This document shows, in pieces, positions 63,854 through 64,000 of a stretch of 64,000 nt of DNA. The stretch spans positions 939 to 64,938 of IMG/VR virus record IMGVR_UViG_3300046776_000001; one strand, written 5' to 3'. The DNA comes from a virus. Its lineage: Duplodnaviria; Caudoviricetes. The notes under the pieces are model-generated. The model worked only from the letters and a program-made list of their open reading frames with translations. It did not search any database and had not been told where the DNA came from. Every line of letters begins with the position of its first letter. Position 1 is the stretch's first letter. Both the position numbers and the translations under genes were made by a program.

Positions 63854-64000
63854 CTTTATGACCGGAGTGCCTGTGTCTCATAAGCGTTAGTTTTTAAAGA
63901 TAATCCTTGCATTCGCTACAAATTTCAGCCGCAGCCGATTTAAAGTCGGACTTAAACCAGTTATAATGGTCGTTGCCGCCCGAAACTATAACCTTTGAAC

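Noticed and set aside
63853-63881. Possible frameshift after ATG at 63881 extending the last ORF
   Set aside because: Very short extension and an alternative in-frame ATG exists; evidence too weak.

Overview
This window is part of a tailed (siphovirus-like) phage genome from a Bacteroidota host. The host is inferred from promoters matching TTG-N19/21-TAnnTTTG and from signal peptides that end just before a Gln. Almost all genes are on the minus strand; no host housekeeping genes, integrase, CRISPR array or reverse transcriptase were seen. 1-29.5 kb holds early/middle genes: many small hypothetical ORFs behind repeated promoter/leader cassettes, YqaJ-RecT recombination, two orphan DNA methyltransferases, a lambda-O-like initiator with five 22-bp iterons plus a DnaC-like ATPase, and a 5-kb operon rich in membrane proteins. 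29.6-62 kb holds late genes, in transcription order: terminase, tail assembly and tape measure, head (S49 protease, scaffold, capsid), tail tube, portal, fibre genes, lysis genes and an S8 protease. 62.6-63.2 kb holds an initiator tRNA and two aberrant tRNA-like elements. The most unusual observations are: (1) four consecutive fibre-region genes, three of them fibre-like, that begin with Sec-type signal peptides; (2) a T9 slippery run whose -1 frame would fuse a holin-like protein to a subtilisin, with the same T9 run in the tail-chaperone gene; (3) the membrane operon with a lytic transglycosylase and a membrane-tailed T5orf172 nuclease; (4) a helically phased TTTCA-N8-TGAAA operator and a hairpin+CACUCACU leader repeated before early genes; (5) a C4-like antisense cloverleaf and other non-coding RNA candidates. 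All family calls come from motif recognition by eye; no database search was run, and single-base frameshifts could be assembly errors.
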